Positions 1 through 11,118 are shown, numbered from the stretch's first letter. The stretch: 64,000 bases of DNA from an uncultured virus (IMG/VR IMGVR_UViG_3300037466_002145) (IMGVR_UViG_3300037466_002145:19148-83147); one strand, 5' to 3'. The notes: generated by a model not told the origin, from the letters alone. Made by a program: numbers and translations.

Positions 1-24
1 CAACGTTCTCATTTCTTCGATGAA

Positions 25-1728
25 TTGGATAAGAATCCAAAGCTTCGTGATGAAGTCATGCGTTCGATCCGTTCAGAGAATGGCAAGAGTTCCCAATCCA
101 TGTCAGAAGTCTTGGAGTCCATGGTGAACCGTGCTGATATGCATGGATACAAATCACTGGAACAACAACTTCACGATGGTTTTTATGGTCCTATTAATCG
201 TGGTGATCGCGCATTTACGCGCCCATTGTCAGAAAAAGAAAGAGCAATGGGTGAAGACGCCATTGCAAAAGTCAGAGGTGGTTCCAACGCTATTGATTTC
301 CGTACCGACCAAGGCATGTTAACTGACCCTGGTAGTCGAGAATATATGGCTGAACCCGACCATGGTGGGCATATCGTAGCCTCAGGTGAAAACTACTTCT
401 TCATGGGAAAGAAGGGGCGTGATTGGGCAGCGCGAATGCGTGCTGGTGACGCTGAATTCGAACGTACCCATCCTGTTCAAAAAGAGGGTGAATTCACTTC
501 ACTTCAAGCAATGAACAAGATCGAAGGCCCGAAAGGAAAGATCGCCAAAATTTTGGCAGGGTCAAAAAAGAGTGCGCAAGCTATTGCTGATGCAGAAACT
601 GCCAAACTTGTGCATGGTATTCCCAATCGAATTGTCGAAACTGCACGCCAGATCGCAACTGCCAAAGGTCCAGGCGCAGTTGAACAGTTTATGGCTCAAC
701 AAGGCTATCCAAAATCTGGGGCATGGTGTGGAAAATTTGCAGCCTCGGTTATTACAGCGGCTGGCGGTACTCCACCTAAGAACCCGCAACTTGCGTCCAA
801 TTGGAGAAACTACGGGGTACTTGATCCTAATGGTCCACACCCTGGAGATATTGCGGTGAGAAAACCGCAATTTCATTCGAGTTTGGGTGACGGGCGCACA
901 GGGAATGCAGGATCGCACGTCACTATCGTCAATACGTTTGATCCAAAAAACCCTAACAGATTTGGTTCGATTGGCGGCAATCAAGGCGCTTTAGTTACTT
1001 CTATGCCAACCAATCAATATGATTTCTATAGTCCGTCACTTCCACCTAAGGAAGTAACAACACCCAATGCCACAAAGGTAGAAGTTCCAACAACACCTGT
1101 TGCCGTCGAACATCCTACTTCAATGACTCATGAACAATTTAAGGATCGCGTTCATACTACCCGAACTGATCCCAATTCTTCATTATTCGGACTTGGCAAA
1201 GCAATTGCGGATACAGATTTCAAGTCGGCATTGAAACCCGTCACACCCGTTACGACCAATCGCGCGGGTAATGGTGCAATTCTTGATCGTATGACTCATG
1301 CTCAATTCAAGCAACGGGTAGCCATGGCTGGCGATCATGAACATCATGATCCCAATGCGCAAAAGGCGATGAATGGCGCTATTCTCAGTCGTGCGCTTCC
1401 TCATAAGGATATGAAGGAACGCGTGCATACGGCGCGTGAAGGAGTTGCCAACCGTCAGACAAATACCAATGGCGCAATTCTGGATAGGAAGAAGCCATCA
1501 GGACCGCAAGTCAAAGCCGCTGATCCTAATGCGCAAAAGAATACCAATGGCGCTATCCTGGATCGGAAGAAGCCTGAACCTCCACAAGGTAAAGCCGAGA
1601 CAAGCTCTAAGCCAAAAGACTATACCAATCAATTTAGTGCATCGCCATCATCGAGTAATGCGGGCGACTCGATTCCACCGTCTGAATCCGATGATGGTTC
1701 GGGTGATTACGGGAATTGCTTGATATGA
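25..1728 (+). CDS. Virion/tail-associated peptidoglycan hydrolase-like protein with CHAP/TIGR02594-type domain; probably 5'-truncated by the window edge
   Basis: AWCGKFAAS...SHVTIV...GGNQG motif (Cys/His CHAP-like); C-terminal NGAIL / MTHxQFK / DPNAQK repeats; the frame appears open to the window start. Confidence 0.6.
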   Translation: MDKNPKLRDEVMRSIRSENGKSSQSMSEVLESMVNRADMHGYKSLEQQLHDGFYGPINRGDRAFTRPLSEKERAMGEDAIAKVRGGSNAIDFRTDQGMLTDPGSREYMAEPDHGGHIVASGENYFFMGKKGRDWAARMRAGDAEFERTHPVQKEGEFTSLQAMNKIEGPKGKIAKILAGSKKSAQAIADAETAKLVHGIPNRIVETARQIATAKGPGAVEQFMAQQGYPKSGAWCGKFAASVITAAGGTPPKNPQLASNWRNYGVLDPNGPHPGDIAVRKPQFHSSLGDGRTGNAGSHVTIVNTFDPKNPNRFGSIGGNQGALVTSMPTNQYDFYSPSLPPKEVTTPNATKVEVPTTPVAVEHPTSMTHEQFKDRVHTTRTDPNSSLFGLGKAIADTDFKSALKPVTPVTTNRAGNGAILDRMTHAQFKQRVAMAGDHEHHDPNAQKAMNGAILSRALPHKDMKERVHTAREGVANRQTNTNGAILDRKKPSGPQVKAADPNAQKNTNGAILDRKKPEPPQGKAETSSKPKDYTNQFSASPSSSNAGDSIPPSESDDGSGDYGNCLI

Positions 1729-1805
1729 AACCAAATTTACCATAAGTAAATACTTGAAAAACTACTTGACTGACGTATATTAGACACAAAGGAGAACTTT
1801 GTGTT

Positions 1806-2228
1806 ATGAAAAAACTATTGGTATTTTTACTATGCTTATTTCTTGTTACGCCTGCCGTAGCTGAGAATTGGCAGCCTATTTCCCAAAATCCGAATGGCAA
1901 CCTTTTATTGGGCGACACTCAGTCGGTTAAGCTCATAAATGAAGCCTATGGCAACGATACGCTGATCTATGGGTTGTTCAAAGTTGTGGGGCATCGCAAG
2001 ACAGATGAAGCGATGTACCGCGCGCCGTTTGAGATTTATGCTTCGCTTCATCAATGCATGGGTCCACAAAAGGGTAAGTTAATCATTCGGGCAACAGACG
2101 CAAAAGCTTATGACGGCGGTAGATCGTTTGATTGGACGAACGATGGAAATTCGTCTGTTGATCGGGCGGCGCAAGCTCTGTGTGAAGCGGGAATTGGACT
2201 TGGAAAAATGACTGGAGGTTCACAGTGA
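1806..2228 (+). CDS. Hypothetical secreted/periplasmic protein
   Basis: Signal-peptide-like N-terminus MKKLLVFLLCLFLVTPAVA; AGGAG RBS upstream. Confidence 0.7.
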   Translation: MKKLLVFLLCLFLVTPAVAENWQPISQNPNGNLLLGDTQSVKLINEAYGNDTLIYGLFKVVGHRKTDEAMYRAPFEIYASLHQCMGPQKGKLIIRATDAKAYDGGRSFDWTNDGNSSVDRAAQALCEAGIGLGKMTGGSQ

Positions 2229-2887
2229 TAAAGTTTCTTGCGCTGATTGCACTGCTATTTGTAACACCCGCCTGGGCAACCGAATGTGAGACCGACGCGA
2301 CTGTCAATCAGGTGCGAGAAATCTTACTGTGCCAACAGTTTTTCAATTGTAAAGTCCTTGGTATTACATCAATCAAGGACTTACCTACCGCCGTGAATAG
2401 GTTGGCAGACTTTCCAACGGCGGCGGATAAAGCCGCTGGTAGGACTAAAAACGACACCACGACGCAATTAAACCGTCAGTTGGTTGATTCATTTCGAGAG
2501 GCAGTTGCAGTAGTCAACACCACCGTTACATTCAGTGTCGCCCATGCCGTCGATTACAATGATAACATTCAACGCTATGAATGTGAACTTACAGCCACGT
2601 TCGATCCGCAAGCGCTGAAAAAAATCATGCATTACGGAATATATGTCGGCATCGGTAACGCGGTGACTAATGGCGATATTTCTAACACGCTATATGCACT
2701 GGTTATCGAACTGGCCAACGAAGACAATGCGCCTAAAATGAATCAGACGCTGGCAATGCTCATGGCGTACATGGACAGCATTGTTGACAAACGTTTCGGA
2801 ACGCCGTTATCTTTGCACTACTCGGTTCAACAGACGGAACGCGGGGAACTCATACAGGTCCAGAATTTTGCCGCGGCCATGAGGTGA
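2225..2887 (+). CDS. Hypothetical secreted protein
   Basis: Signal peptide ending TPAWA; GTGA overlap with the previous gene; GGAGG RBS. Confidence 0.7.
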   Translation: MIKFLALIALLFVTPAWATECETDATVNQVREILLCQQFFNCKVLGITSIKDLPTAVNRLADFPTAADKAAGRTKNDTTTQLNRQLVDSFREAVAVVNTTVTFSVAHAVDYNDNIQRYECELTATFDPQALKKIMHYGIYVGIGNAVTNGDISNTLYALVIELANEDNAPKMNQTLAMLMAYMDSIVDKRFGTPLSLHYSVQQTERGELIQVQNFAAAMR

Positions 2888-3019
2888 AACTATGCTTGAC
2901 GTGCTTCTTCAAAATGCGGCGTTTGTCAACCCCTGGTGCTTCCTTGTTATTGCCATAGTTGTCGGGTTTGGGATCATGGAGGTTCTGTAATATCGAACAC
3001 CGATATATAGGGGGTCTCC

Positions 3020-3433
3020 ATGCGCGCCCACGTCTATGCCTTTATGACCGTGCTTTGCATCACACCCGTCGAAACGATGTTGACGCCTGCCGCCAACGCC
3101 GAATGGATCAGCCTCGCGTCCAACGTCCAGGGCGATTCCTCTACGCTTTCCCTGGTCAAGGCGGATCGGCCTAACGATTGGATGGTTAGTGCAAATATAC
3201 GGTTCGACGGCTTCTCCGAACATTATAACGCCTACGTTTATCTTAACGATTGCCTTACGCGTGGCGATGGTGTAGTTTCTTTCATCCAACACTTCGGACC
3301 AACAACGCATTTCTTTTGGACAGAGAACGGCAATCGCGCCTATGACGTGGTCGCCGTTTCTCTTTGTGAATGGGCACAGAGTCAGACACAGCATTGGGGC
3401 GTGCGCGAGGCGGGTTATACGCTTGCGCACTGA
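3020..3433 (+). CDS. Hypothetical protein, possibly secreted
   Basis: ORF in a + strand gene run; hydrophobic N-terminus ending AANA. Confidence 0.5.
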   Translation: MRAHVYAFMTVLCITPVETMLTPAANAEWISLASNVQGDSSTLSLVKADRPNDWMVSANIRFDGFSEHYNAYVYLNDCLTRGDGVVSFIQHFGPTTHFFWTENGNRAYDVVAVSLCEWAQSQTQHWGVREAGYTLAH

Positions 3434-3439
3434 GGGGGC

Positions 3440-3760
3440 ATGAGGGTAGCAAGACCTACGCGGAATGTGGAAATGAGCTTTGTTGAAGAATTGCGGCAAC
3501 GTGATGAAGCAACGGGTCTCGATTCGCGCTACGTGATCTGGGGGCCAAAAGCCGAAACACTCACCGAAAATGAAAAAGCACGAATCGTTCTCGCCTTGGA
3601 TTGGGAGAATGATCGCGGCTGGATTCCTTCCACCACTGGTAATCACTTCGCAAATGCTTGGGCAGTCTTCAAGGCGAAACTCTATCGCGCAATCGATTGG
3701 GTCTTCGGCATTGAGAATCCGTATAAGGAGCCGTTGCATGATCCCATTGGAAGACATTGA
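3440..3760 (+). CDS. Hypothetical protein
   Basis: ORF with GAGG RBS in the + strand operon. Confidence 0.5.
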   Translation: MRVARPTRNVEMSFVEELRQRDEATGLDSRYVIWGPKAETLTENEKARIVLALDWENDRGWIPSTTGNHFANAWAVFKAKLYRAIDWVFGIENPYKEPLHDPIGRH

Positions 3761-3840
3761 GTGGTTTGCCTTAATCTACGCCGCCGTTATTGGAGTTTCA
3801 ATCTTCGTCAACGCTTGGTTCCACATAGGAGAGTGACACA

Positions 3841-4293
3841 ATGGATGCACTAAGAAGTTGGATCGAACCACAGACAATACCCGTCAACTTCGTTTTGGTT
3901 CCCGACAGTGAACCTTCTCCAAACATCATCAAGGGTAAGTATCATTCCTTCCCTCAGATCGCCCCAGGTGACAATTTAGGCTTGGCCCGAGCCATTCGTG
4001 CCCTCTTTCAAAATCGCTTTCATTGGTGTGCCTTCGCGTTAGGGCGCGAGGTGGACGGAAGCACTCCTTATGTGGACCTCCATCACGGGTATGCGTTTTG
4101 TCTCAATGGAGCCGCATGGGTTCACGATAAAAACTGGTCGCGGGCACAAAAAATAAACTTCTTCCGCTTCCTGGGGTTTGAACCTCAAAAGACAGAATGG
4201 GGTTACGGGGAAGAATCCGCACACTTCAACAATCACCAAGGCTACGAAGCCGTCATTCGGCGGCTGGATCGTGTCATCGCAGCACACTCATAA
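3841..4293 (+). CDS. Hypothetical protein
   Basis: AGGAG RBS, 150-aa ORF. Confidence 0.6.
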   Translation: MDALRSWIEPQTIPVNFVLVPDSEPSPNIIKGKYHSFPQIAPGDNLGLARAIRALFQNRFHWCAFALGREVDGSTPYVDLHHGYAFCLNGAAWVHDKNWSRAQKINFFRFLGFEPQKTEWGYGEESAHFNNHQGYEAVIRRLDRVIAAHS

Positions 4294-4299
4294 AGGAGA

Positions 4300-4752
4300 G
4301 TGACTATGCATATCGAGCGAATGAAGAAATGGGCTTCGGCCGTCGCCAACTTCTCAGGCACCTTTTATCTGGGGTTCTGGGCTGATTATAATTCGGACGG
4401 AAGCATGAAGTGCGGTTGTGCGGGCGCTATCGCAACCCTTGTCTTTGACGAGTTGGAAATGGTGGGGATGCGCGGCCTCACAGCCCGCAATGGACACGTC
4501 GTTTATTACGACGGGCATTATGATTATACGGCCATCGCTAAATTCTTTGGTATCCAAGTATCCGATGCCGTATCAATCACATCACCGTCCGAATATCATC
4601 GCGGGAGTGCCACGCCAAAGGATGAAGTTGTGGCGCGGATATACCAATTTATCGAACATGAGGAACAATCCAGGCATGAGGCTATCGTTACAGCCTTCCA
4701 TCTGGATAATCTCTTGGGCGCGCCTCCCGTTCGGGAACTTGAGGCGGCATGA
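4300..4752 (+). CDS. Hypothetical phage protein (Cys-Gly-Cys motif; resembles 43998-44447)
   Basis: AAGGAG RBS; CGCAG motif and AKFF.I...EV..RI pattern shared with 43998-44447; ends in AA. Confidence 0.6.
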   Translation: MTMHIERMKKWASAVANFSGTFYLGFWADYNSDGSMKCGCAGAIATLVFDELEMVGMRGLTARNGHVVYYDGHYDYTAIAKFFGIQVSDAVSITSPSEYHRGSATPKDEVVARIYQFIEHEEQSRHEAIVTAFHLDNLLGAPPVRELEAA

Positions 4753-5055
4753 CACCCGAGACGGCGGTAGCGTTATCTGAGGCGGGTTGGATTGTCGGTA
4801 GCAATACCGAACACCAGTCATGGATGCGCTGGCCGCTTGGGGCCTTGCCCGCGACAGTGCTAGGGGTGCCTGTGTTCGACTATCAATGGAGTGACGGCGA
4901 TATCGTCAAAGAACAGGCGTTAGAAGACTCAGGCTATACACTGATCTTCAAATCCCTATGGCGACGACAGATTCAGCCCTAAGTTGTTTTGGTCACTCTC
5001 ACAACTTGAAGGCTGATAGGTAGGGGGCGTATCGGAAATCCGTCCCCTACCGTTC

Positions 5056-5319
5056 TTATTGCGTGTTTGCGCTTGGTGTCGGTGTTGGTGCCACCGTGGC
5101 TGGTACATTGACATTGACAACCACAGGCGCGACGGCGGGAGGGGTTGCTTGGGCCTGTTGGGGGGCCACGGGCTCGGCTTCCCCTCCCATAGCTGCATCA
5201 ATGAGATTGGCTCCTAGCTCGCTGGCAGCGCCAGCAATGAGCCCTCCGACGAAGGTGCCACCAAACGATGGTCTTCGTCGCCAGTCAGGTCGTGAACGAC
5301 CCCAACGATTACGAAACAT
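5056..5319 (-). CDS. Small Arg-rich / Gly-Ala-Pro-rich protein
   Basis: GAGG RBS upstream of the ATG; low-complexity composition. Confidence 0.5.
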   Translation of the reverse strand: MFRNRWGRSRPDWRRRPSFGGTFVGGLIAGAASELGANLIDAAMGGEAEPVAPQQAQATPPAVAPVVVNVNVPATVAPTPTPSANTQ

Positions 5320-5625
5320 GGGTTTCCTCTTAGGTTAATTGAACAGAGGTATTTATCCAATGGCTGACGTTTCGAGACGGGAAGTGGCGGCAGAGTTAGA
5401 ACGCGTCATTCGACAGGTTCGGCGGCATCCGCGTTATTATAACGTTCTGATGCATATCCTTCATGAGGATGATCGCCAACTTGTCGAGCGCATCGGTTGG
5501 GAAGGGGCTGACTTCCTGATTGACGAAGGGCGGTGGTGTTTTCCCTTGACTTTCTTTTTTCAACGCCTTCGCATTGCCATGGAGATTACCCGCAGTCGGG
5601 TTGACGGAAAGCTTCCTGATATAAC

Positions 5626-6735
5626 CTACTTGACAAGGTAGTCTTTCGAGACGAAGCCAACCGAGGCGTCGCCGCGCATATGTTCTTTGACACGTACACG
5701 CCATTGCCCACAGGACGGGCACACCCAACGCCCGTCCTGGTCAGGGTAGAGCGGCCATTGGTGCTCGCAACCTTCGTGCTTGTTGAAGTTGCGGAAGTAC
5801 GCCTGCACCTCATGGCGGCGATGCTTGGAATGCTCGCGGAAGACGTTCAGAGCCCGCCGACGCGTCACTTCCTTTTTGATATCGACAAGGTGATACGCCG
5901 AATACGGACGGAACTTGCCCTTGTAATAGCCGCGCGCCGCGGGCACTGTCTCGATATCAATCAATCGCGGTTGGTTCAGCCAAAGCAAGCACATGAGGAT
6001 GTTGCGAACTTCACCAATCGAACCGTCCATCATTGCTTGTATGCTGTCTTCCACTCCATGTCGCATTTCGAAAACTTCTATTGCGGGAGCTTCGACGCAA
6101 ATTTGATTTAACATCAGAAAGTTGGCTTGTTCTTGAGTGAATTCAAATTTTGGATTGGTCATTGTTGACCCAAGCATTTGAGCAAGAGTCCGCCATTCGT
6201 CGGCATCTTGTCGAGGTGTTCCATCACCTTCTATAAATTTTTGAACTGGCGGTCCTTCATGGTTAGTGATGATGATTGGGCGAAGACCTTTAAGCGATAC
6301 GGATTCGTCGGTGCCTTCGAAATACATCTTGTAGACCATAGGTGACAGACTGATCTTACCATCCTCGGTCTCTACAAGAACGTGAATTGTGCGACCGACA
6401 ATAAGATAACCAGCTTGATTGTCGCGACTAAGGCCAGAGTAATACTTCTCTACCAGCAAAGAATTAGATCGCTGCCCAATTCGATTGAGAAAGGTGCCAA
6501 TGGGAAACTCAATATAAGTCACGTGATAGGGCGGCAAAGCGAATTGCAGATTATCAATAAAAATATTCGGATGGTCAACCATAAGGCCAGCCATCATGTC
6601 TGCAACTTGATCGGTAAAAACAAATTTGCGCGCGTCATACTTCTTTTCGACAAACGCCTTGTAAGCGGTCGGCATTAAGTCCTTATCGACGATGGACGGA
6701 CCCCACTTGTCCAAGAGGGTGCGCGGCGCGGTCAT
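5626..6735 (-). CDS. Conserved phage hypothetical protein with C-terminal H-x-V...CxxC...H-x-RG motif
   Basis: 369-aa ORF; RRHEVQAYFR...CPSCG...EHMRGD pattern. Confidence 0.7.
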   Translation of the reverse strand: MTAPRTLLDKWGPSIVDKDLMPTAYKAFVEKKYDARKFVFTDQVADMMAGLMVDHPNIFIDNLQFALPPYHVTYIEFPIGTFLNRIGQRSNSLLVEKYYSGLSRDNQAGYLIVGRTIHVLVETEDGKISLSPMVYKMYFEGTDESVSLKGLRPIIITNHEGPPVQKFIEGDGTPRQDADEWRTLAQMLGSTMTNPKFEFTQEQANFLMLNQICVEAPAIEVFEMRHGVEDSIQAMMDGSIGEVRNILMCLLWLNQPRLIDIETVPAARGYYKGKFRPYSAYHLVDIKKEVTRRRALNVFREHSKHRRHEVQAYFRNFNKHEGCEHQWPLYPDQDGRWVCPSCGQWRVRVKEHMRGDASVGFVSKDYLVK

Positions 6736-7422
6736 GACTTGATCACATCATTAGCGAGCAACAGATACACCTTCGCGACGGCCATGCCCGCGAAGAAGCC
6801 GCCGATAGAATTCCAAGGCGTCTGCAAGTGCAGCGTCGCGATGATTGCCGTGAAGATCACAAAGTACACTACCAGAACGATGAACGCCTGAATTGTCTGT
6901 CCACGTGTCATTGTATCCTCGCTGCGGTTGCTCCTGGACCTTGCCGTTGACTTGGTTTGTTGACGATCCAATTTCCAGGGGGATCGCCTTCACCATCCCA
7001 ATTGGCGACTGCGACAAGTGCGTCATTGAGACTAGAATAACACCAGCGTTCGTTGTAGCCAACATCATCGAGACCCTTCACAAGACCCCAGGTGAAGACG
7101 AAGCGAAAGAGGGCGATCCATTCTCCATCAGCGACTTGTCGCGGGAATAGGTAGCCCATTTCTTCAAGCAATTCTTTCGTCATTGAGTACCTTCCTTTGG
7201 TGATATTGCCAGCGACGGCGGGCTAACTTCGCCCAAGATGGTTCGTCAATTTCGGTCGAAACCTTATGGAGCTTTTGCCCGACGCCATGGCCGCACGGCA
7301 ACCACAGTAACGGGGACGCAAGTGAGTAGGGAATATAGTCATAAAAATATTCCTTTCCACACTTGTTACACTTGATCCATTTCCGTTTGTAGCCAAAGGC
7401 AGGGGGCGCGAGCTTGATGGTT

Positions 7423-7743
7423 TTATTGGTCATGGACTCTCCCCAGGCTTTTGACTTCGTGATACATGCCGTGCTCGGCAACCTGCATGGCCAGCCAATC
7501 TTGAAAGGTGTCCTCAGTCAGGCCATCCGTGCTGACGTTGGCTAATTGGGGAAACTGCCGTAGTAGTTCGGGCGCGCAGATATCGGTCGCCCATGGGATT
7601 TCGTGCGTGAAGATGTTCGCGGACAACATGAAGTTCAGGATGTTGTACACACCCTGAATCCCATGTGGTGAACAGAGCTTGTGCGTCGTGATCGATAAAA
7701 TGTCGCCAAGATGAAAGGTCTTGGTTTCATACGTGGGTTCCAT
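7423..7743 (-). CDS. Conserved phage hypothetical protein
   Basis: FHLGDILSITT..L...GVY.ILNFM pattern; packed minus-strand operon. Confidence 0.6.
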   Translation of the reverse strand: MEPTYETKTFHLGDILSITTHKLCSPHGIQGVYNILNFMLSANIFTHEIPWATDICAPELLRQFPQLANVSTDGLTEDTFQDWLAMQVAEHGMYHEVKSLGRVHDQ

Positions 7744-7971
7744 TGATACTCTCAGTGGTTACGCCTTGTTCGCGTAGAGCAAGGCCATTAGGACAGATGC
7801 AAAGATTTTTCCGCCCGCACTGAACATTGGCAGACGTCGTCACGTCAGAGGTGTCAATGATACCCGTGTTGCCGCAAAGTGAACAGTGGTGATCCTGAAC
7901 ATAGAAGTTGGCCCAAAAATCTTCTAAGAATTTCAGGCCCCATTCACTGGCAAATCGCGATACACTTTTCT

Positions 7972-8421
7972 TCATGACTTCCTTTCCTCGGGATAGAACT
8001 CAAGATTAACCAATTGCTCATGGGCGTCGTAAAGAGCCCGAATGTCCAACCAGTCTTTCTTGCGCCCGTCTTCGGGTTGCAAGCCAATGATCACCCCGCC
8101 GTCGTGGGCAGGTTCGCTAAACAGTTTACCCGAGCCCAAAACAATCCTGGTGCCGATCTGAGGCGTGCGCGGAAAGACCCCTCGGAACACGTCACCGATA
8201 TGGGTGCTTTCTCGGGCGTCAACCACGGTTGCCACAAGTGTTCCTTGGCGACCGTCGTTGCTCACGGCGGCAAGTTCATTGACCAAACTCGGCGTCACCC
8301 CGAACGACATGGAATCGGCCCCATCTTGTATAAGATAGACTGCCCCGTATCGATCTGTACGGCGTTCGCGGGCGGGCCAAGTCAGAATGCCATGACCGAA
8401 ATTTACAACTTCCTTTGTCAT
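7972..8421 (-). CDS. Hypothetical protein
   Basis: 149-aa ORF with RBS in a packed operon. Confidence 0.6.
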   Translation of the reverse strand: MTKEVVNFGHGILTWPARERRTDRYGAVYLIQDGADSMSFGVTPSLVNELAAVSNDGRQGTLVATVVDARESTHIGDVFRGVFPRTPQIGTRIVLGSGKLFSEPAHDGGVIIGLQPEDGRKKDWLDIRALYDAHEQLVNLEFYPEERKS

Positions 8422-8674
8422 TCCGTTTCCTTTTCTTCCTCATGAAGTCACGGCAGGATGCTTCTGTCCCTGAAAATCAATGTTGAGGACATTGCATTCA
8501 TGCCGATTGCACCAAACCTGCAAGCCATAGGGTGTGAATCCTACGTCCAGGCGCGCGTAGGACGATGGTGACTCGTTTGGAGCCTTGCCTTCCTTCCATT
8601 CCTCAACACACTTGTGACAATGGCAGAATGCCGTGATTTGGTTGGCGCTAGTGATTCGGTCAGTCATCGTGTTC

Positions 8675-9055
8675 TCAATCTCCTGTTTCAGGTTCATATG
8701 CGACAGTGTAAGTCTTCGTAATTGGATTGTATTGATCGAAGCGTTCGGAACGCTTCTTTTTGGTAGTCTCGCCCAAGATGTGTTCTACGTCGATTACGGC
8801 ACCGTCTTTCAGGATATCGTAGTTCGATTCGATGTAGTCATGGGCAACCGTCCAAGTTCGGTTTCCCCAATCGTAGGGATCGCACTCAGCGCGACCATGC
8901 CCGCGAGGGTCCACCAACAGGATTGGCGTGATCGATGGATCATAGCCCGCCTTCCGTAAGAGCCATTGTTGGTTAAGGTTGTCAGCCTTGACTTTGATGG
9001 CGATCACGGGAATGAAGGTGGCCCTATCGCGAACTTCAAACACCTTAGTTTCCAT
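8675..9055 (-). CDS. Hypothetical protein
   Basis: 126-aa ORF; TAATG overlap with the upstream gene. Confidence 0.6.
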   Translation of the reverse strand: METKVFEVRDRATFIPVIAIKVKADNLNQQWLLRKAGYDPSITPILLVDPRGHGRAECDPYDWGNRTWTVAHDYIESNYDILKDGAVIDVEHILGETTKKKRSERFDQYNPITKTYTVAYEPETGD

Positions 9056-9387
9056 TATTGTGACTCCTTTTGATCCTCATACTCACGGGCCAGCTTTTCG
9101 CAGGCATACCAAACCACGAGATTCTTGAATTGGTCATCGGAGCCGACGTTATCGGCACCGTTCCAAGACGCGATGAACGACAGGATATTTTTCGAGCCGA
9201 ACGATTCGCGGTCTTCCTCGATCAAGTCCCAAAGTTCTTCCGTGAACTTGTTATAAAGTTTCACAGTGTCCGTGTAGTAGGTGATTCCAGGCCAACCACA
9301 GTTTGCGCCATGGTTGGCGATATCCGATGCTGATTCCTTCAAATTGGCATCAAACCACTTGCGGAACGTCTTGGCTCTAATGATCAT
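9055..9387 (-). CDS. Conserved phage hypothetical protein
   Basis: DIANHGANCG.PG..YY.DT..Y...KNLVVWYACE pattern. Confidence 0.6.
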   Translation of the reverse strand: MIIRAKTFRKWFDANLKESASDIANHGANCGWPGITYYTDTVKLYNKFTEELWDLIEEDRESFGSKNILSFIASWNGADNVGSDDQFKNLVVWYACEKLAREYEDQKESQ

Positions 9388-10082
9388 GCTCCCCCCACTT
9401 CCAAACCGTCGTTGATGATGCCGTTGACGATATCATCAACGTAGCGATGTTCGATTACCACGGCCTTGCCGAAGTATTGCCGATCCTCGGGTAGGTGTTC
9501 CTCTACCCATTCCTTAGCGGCGTCGCTGATAGGAAGTAACAGCGAAATCGTGCCCTGATAGTTCAGTGTAAAGTCAGGCATGTCTGTCTCCTCAGGCGTC
9601 TCGGAAGTCCACCACGACGACGGCGAACCGTTTCTTCAATTCTTCTACCCGTTTCTTGACCAAGGGGTGTTCCATGGCCTTGTCGCGGTCAGGTGTATAG
9701 GTAATTCCGAAGTCTTCCGCCACTTCCCAAATGGGATAGTTAGTAGACCTACGGGCCTTTACAATGGCGCGGGTGTGAATTTCCATGTTCTGTTTCCCTT
9801 AATATCTGACGCTTTTGCCAAGATGACCCGCAAGTTGCAACTCCCCTTGGCGATTGAGCAACCGATTGTACTTCTCATACTTCTCGGGAGACAGATCGTC
9901 CATTCCGAGGCGGCCGAAGTCGTTCAAGTCATCGATCTTGTCGTTCACTTCGGCGTACTCACGCGAACACGGGGTAAACCCTTCGCCGTTCGGCCATTCA
10001 ATGTGACTGTCATGCTTGATCTTTGACATGTTTCCTTGTCTCCCTTGGACAGGCGGTTCATTGCCGCCTGCCCATAATCAGA

Positions 10083-10110
10083 ATATAAGTTAGACCCATC
10101 TGACTGTCAA
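10083..10110 (-). promoter_or_regulatory. Putative sigma70-type early promoter for the small-gene operon starting at 10029
   Basis: Minus strand TTGACA...TATATT in an AT-rich intergenic gap. Confidence 0.45.
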
Positions 10111-10151
10111 TACTTTTATTATGAAAATATTAGAACCATGATTTTACACAC

Positions 10152-10185
10152 AAAAAACCCGACACCAACTAAGGCATCGGGTTTT
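10152..10185 (-). terminator. Rho-independent terminator after gp32
   Basis: Minus strand AAAACCCGATG...TGTCGGGTTTTTT hairpin plus U-tract. Confidence 0.7.
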
Positions 10186-10206
10186 AAGCTACCAAAAACT
10201 AAGAGT

Positions 10207-11118
10207 TTAGTCTTGGTCTACATCATTGAAGAAGTCTTCGTTGATTTCGTCGTCGCCTTCCCAGGCAGGCTTGGCTTCGGGACGGCTTGGAGCTTCGGCA
10301 GAGGCAAACTCAGGTGTCTCCACCTCGGTATCGCCTTCACCCAACACTTCGTCCAGCTTCTTTTTCAGGTAGTCGTAGGACTTGAACTGATCTTCGGCCA
10401 GGAAGGGAAGTAGGGAGTAAACCTGATTGTAAACTTCCTCAAGCTTTTCGTCTGAATCGAACAGGGGTGCCCGTTCCAAGAATTCCGACTTTTCGTAGTT
10501 GCGGTACTTCTTGTCTTTGAGATAAATCTTGAACTTGAAGTTCGCACCGCCGCCTTCACCCTTGGCATCGGGACCCCACATGTCGAACGCGTTGATGCGC
10601 GTTTCGCCTTGGAATGTCGGGAACATCTTTTCCATGATGATACCATGGAGTTGCGGCCCATAGCGCAGAAGGAAGACCTTGCCGTTGTTGTCGGGGTTGA
10701 TCGGGTCATCCACGACGTAGATGTTGGAAATGTATTCGGTCTTGCGCTTGCGTTCGCGAACGATTTCCTTGATCTTTTCGGGAACCTGTTCCCACTTCAA
10801 CTTGCCGACCATCTTGCGATTAAGATCGTTGACGGGATCGGGCTTGTCGAGAGTCGTGAGGCAGTTGTTGATGTAATACTTGCCTGTTGGCCCTTGGAAG
10901 GAACGTCGGAAGATTTTGACGATGGATTGTTCGCCATCGGGGGCGGGAAGGAAGCGGATAGTGGCAATACCATTGCCTTGCTTATCTACCGCGGGTCGCC
11001 AGAAGCGGTCATCTTCGTATCCTTCGGAATTGAACTGACCCTTGGCTTGTTTCTTGAAGTCTTCGGCAATTTTATCGAGATTGGCTTGACGATTTTGTTT
11101 TAGTTCGCGTAGTGACAA
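10207..11118 (-). CDS. 32: T4 gp32-like single-stranded DNA-binding protein (likely TTG start at 11118)
   Basis: DDRFWRP.VDK.GNG.A.IRFLPAP, YINNCLTTL, YISNIYVV.DP..P.NNGKVFL, GANFK.K, RNYEKSEF, acidic tail; AAGGA RBS before the TTG. Confidence 0.93.
   Translation of the reverse strand: MSLRELKQNRQANLDKIAEDFKKQAKGQFNSEGYEDDRFWRPAVDKQGNGIATIRFLPAPDGEQSIVKIFRRSFQGPTGKYYINNCLTTLDKPDPVNDLNRKMVGKLKWEQVPEKIKEIVRERKRKTEYISNIYVVDDPINPDNNGKVFLLRYGPQLHGIIMEKMFPTFQGETRINAFDMWGPDAKGEGGGANFKFKIYLKDKKYRNYEKSEFLERAPLFDSDEKLEEVYNQVYSLLPFLAEDQFKSYDYLKKKLDEVLGEGDTEVETPEFASAEAPSRPEAKPAWEGDDEINEDFFNDVDQD

Noticed and set aside
2909-3757. 282-aa minus-strand ORF
   Set aside because: It is the antisense shadow of the + strand gene run, several of whose genes have clear RBSs.
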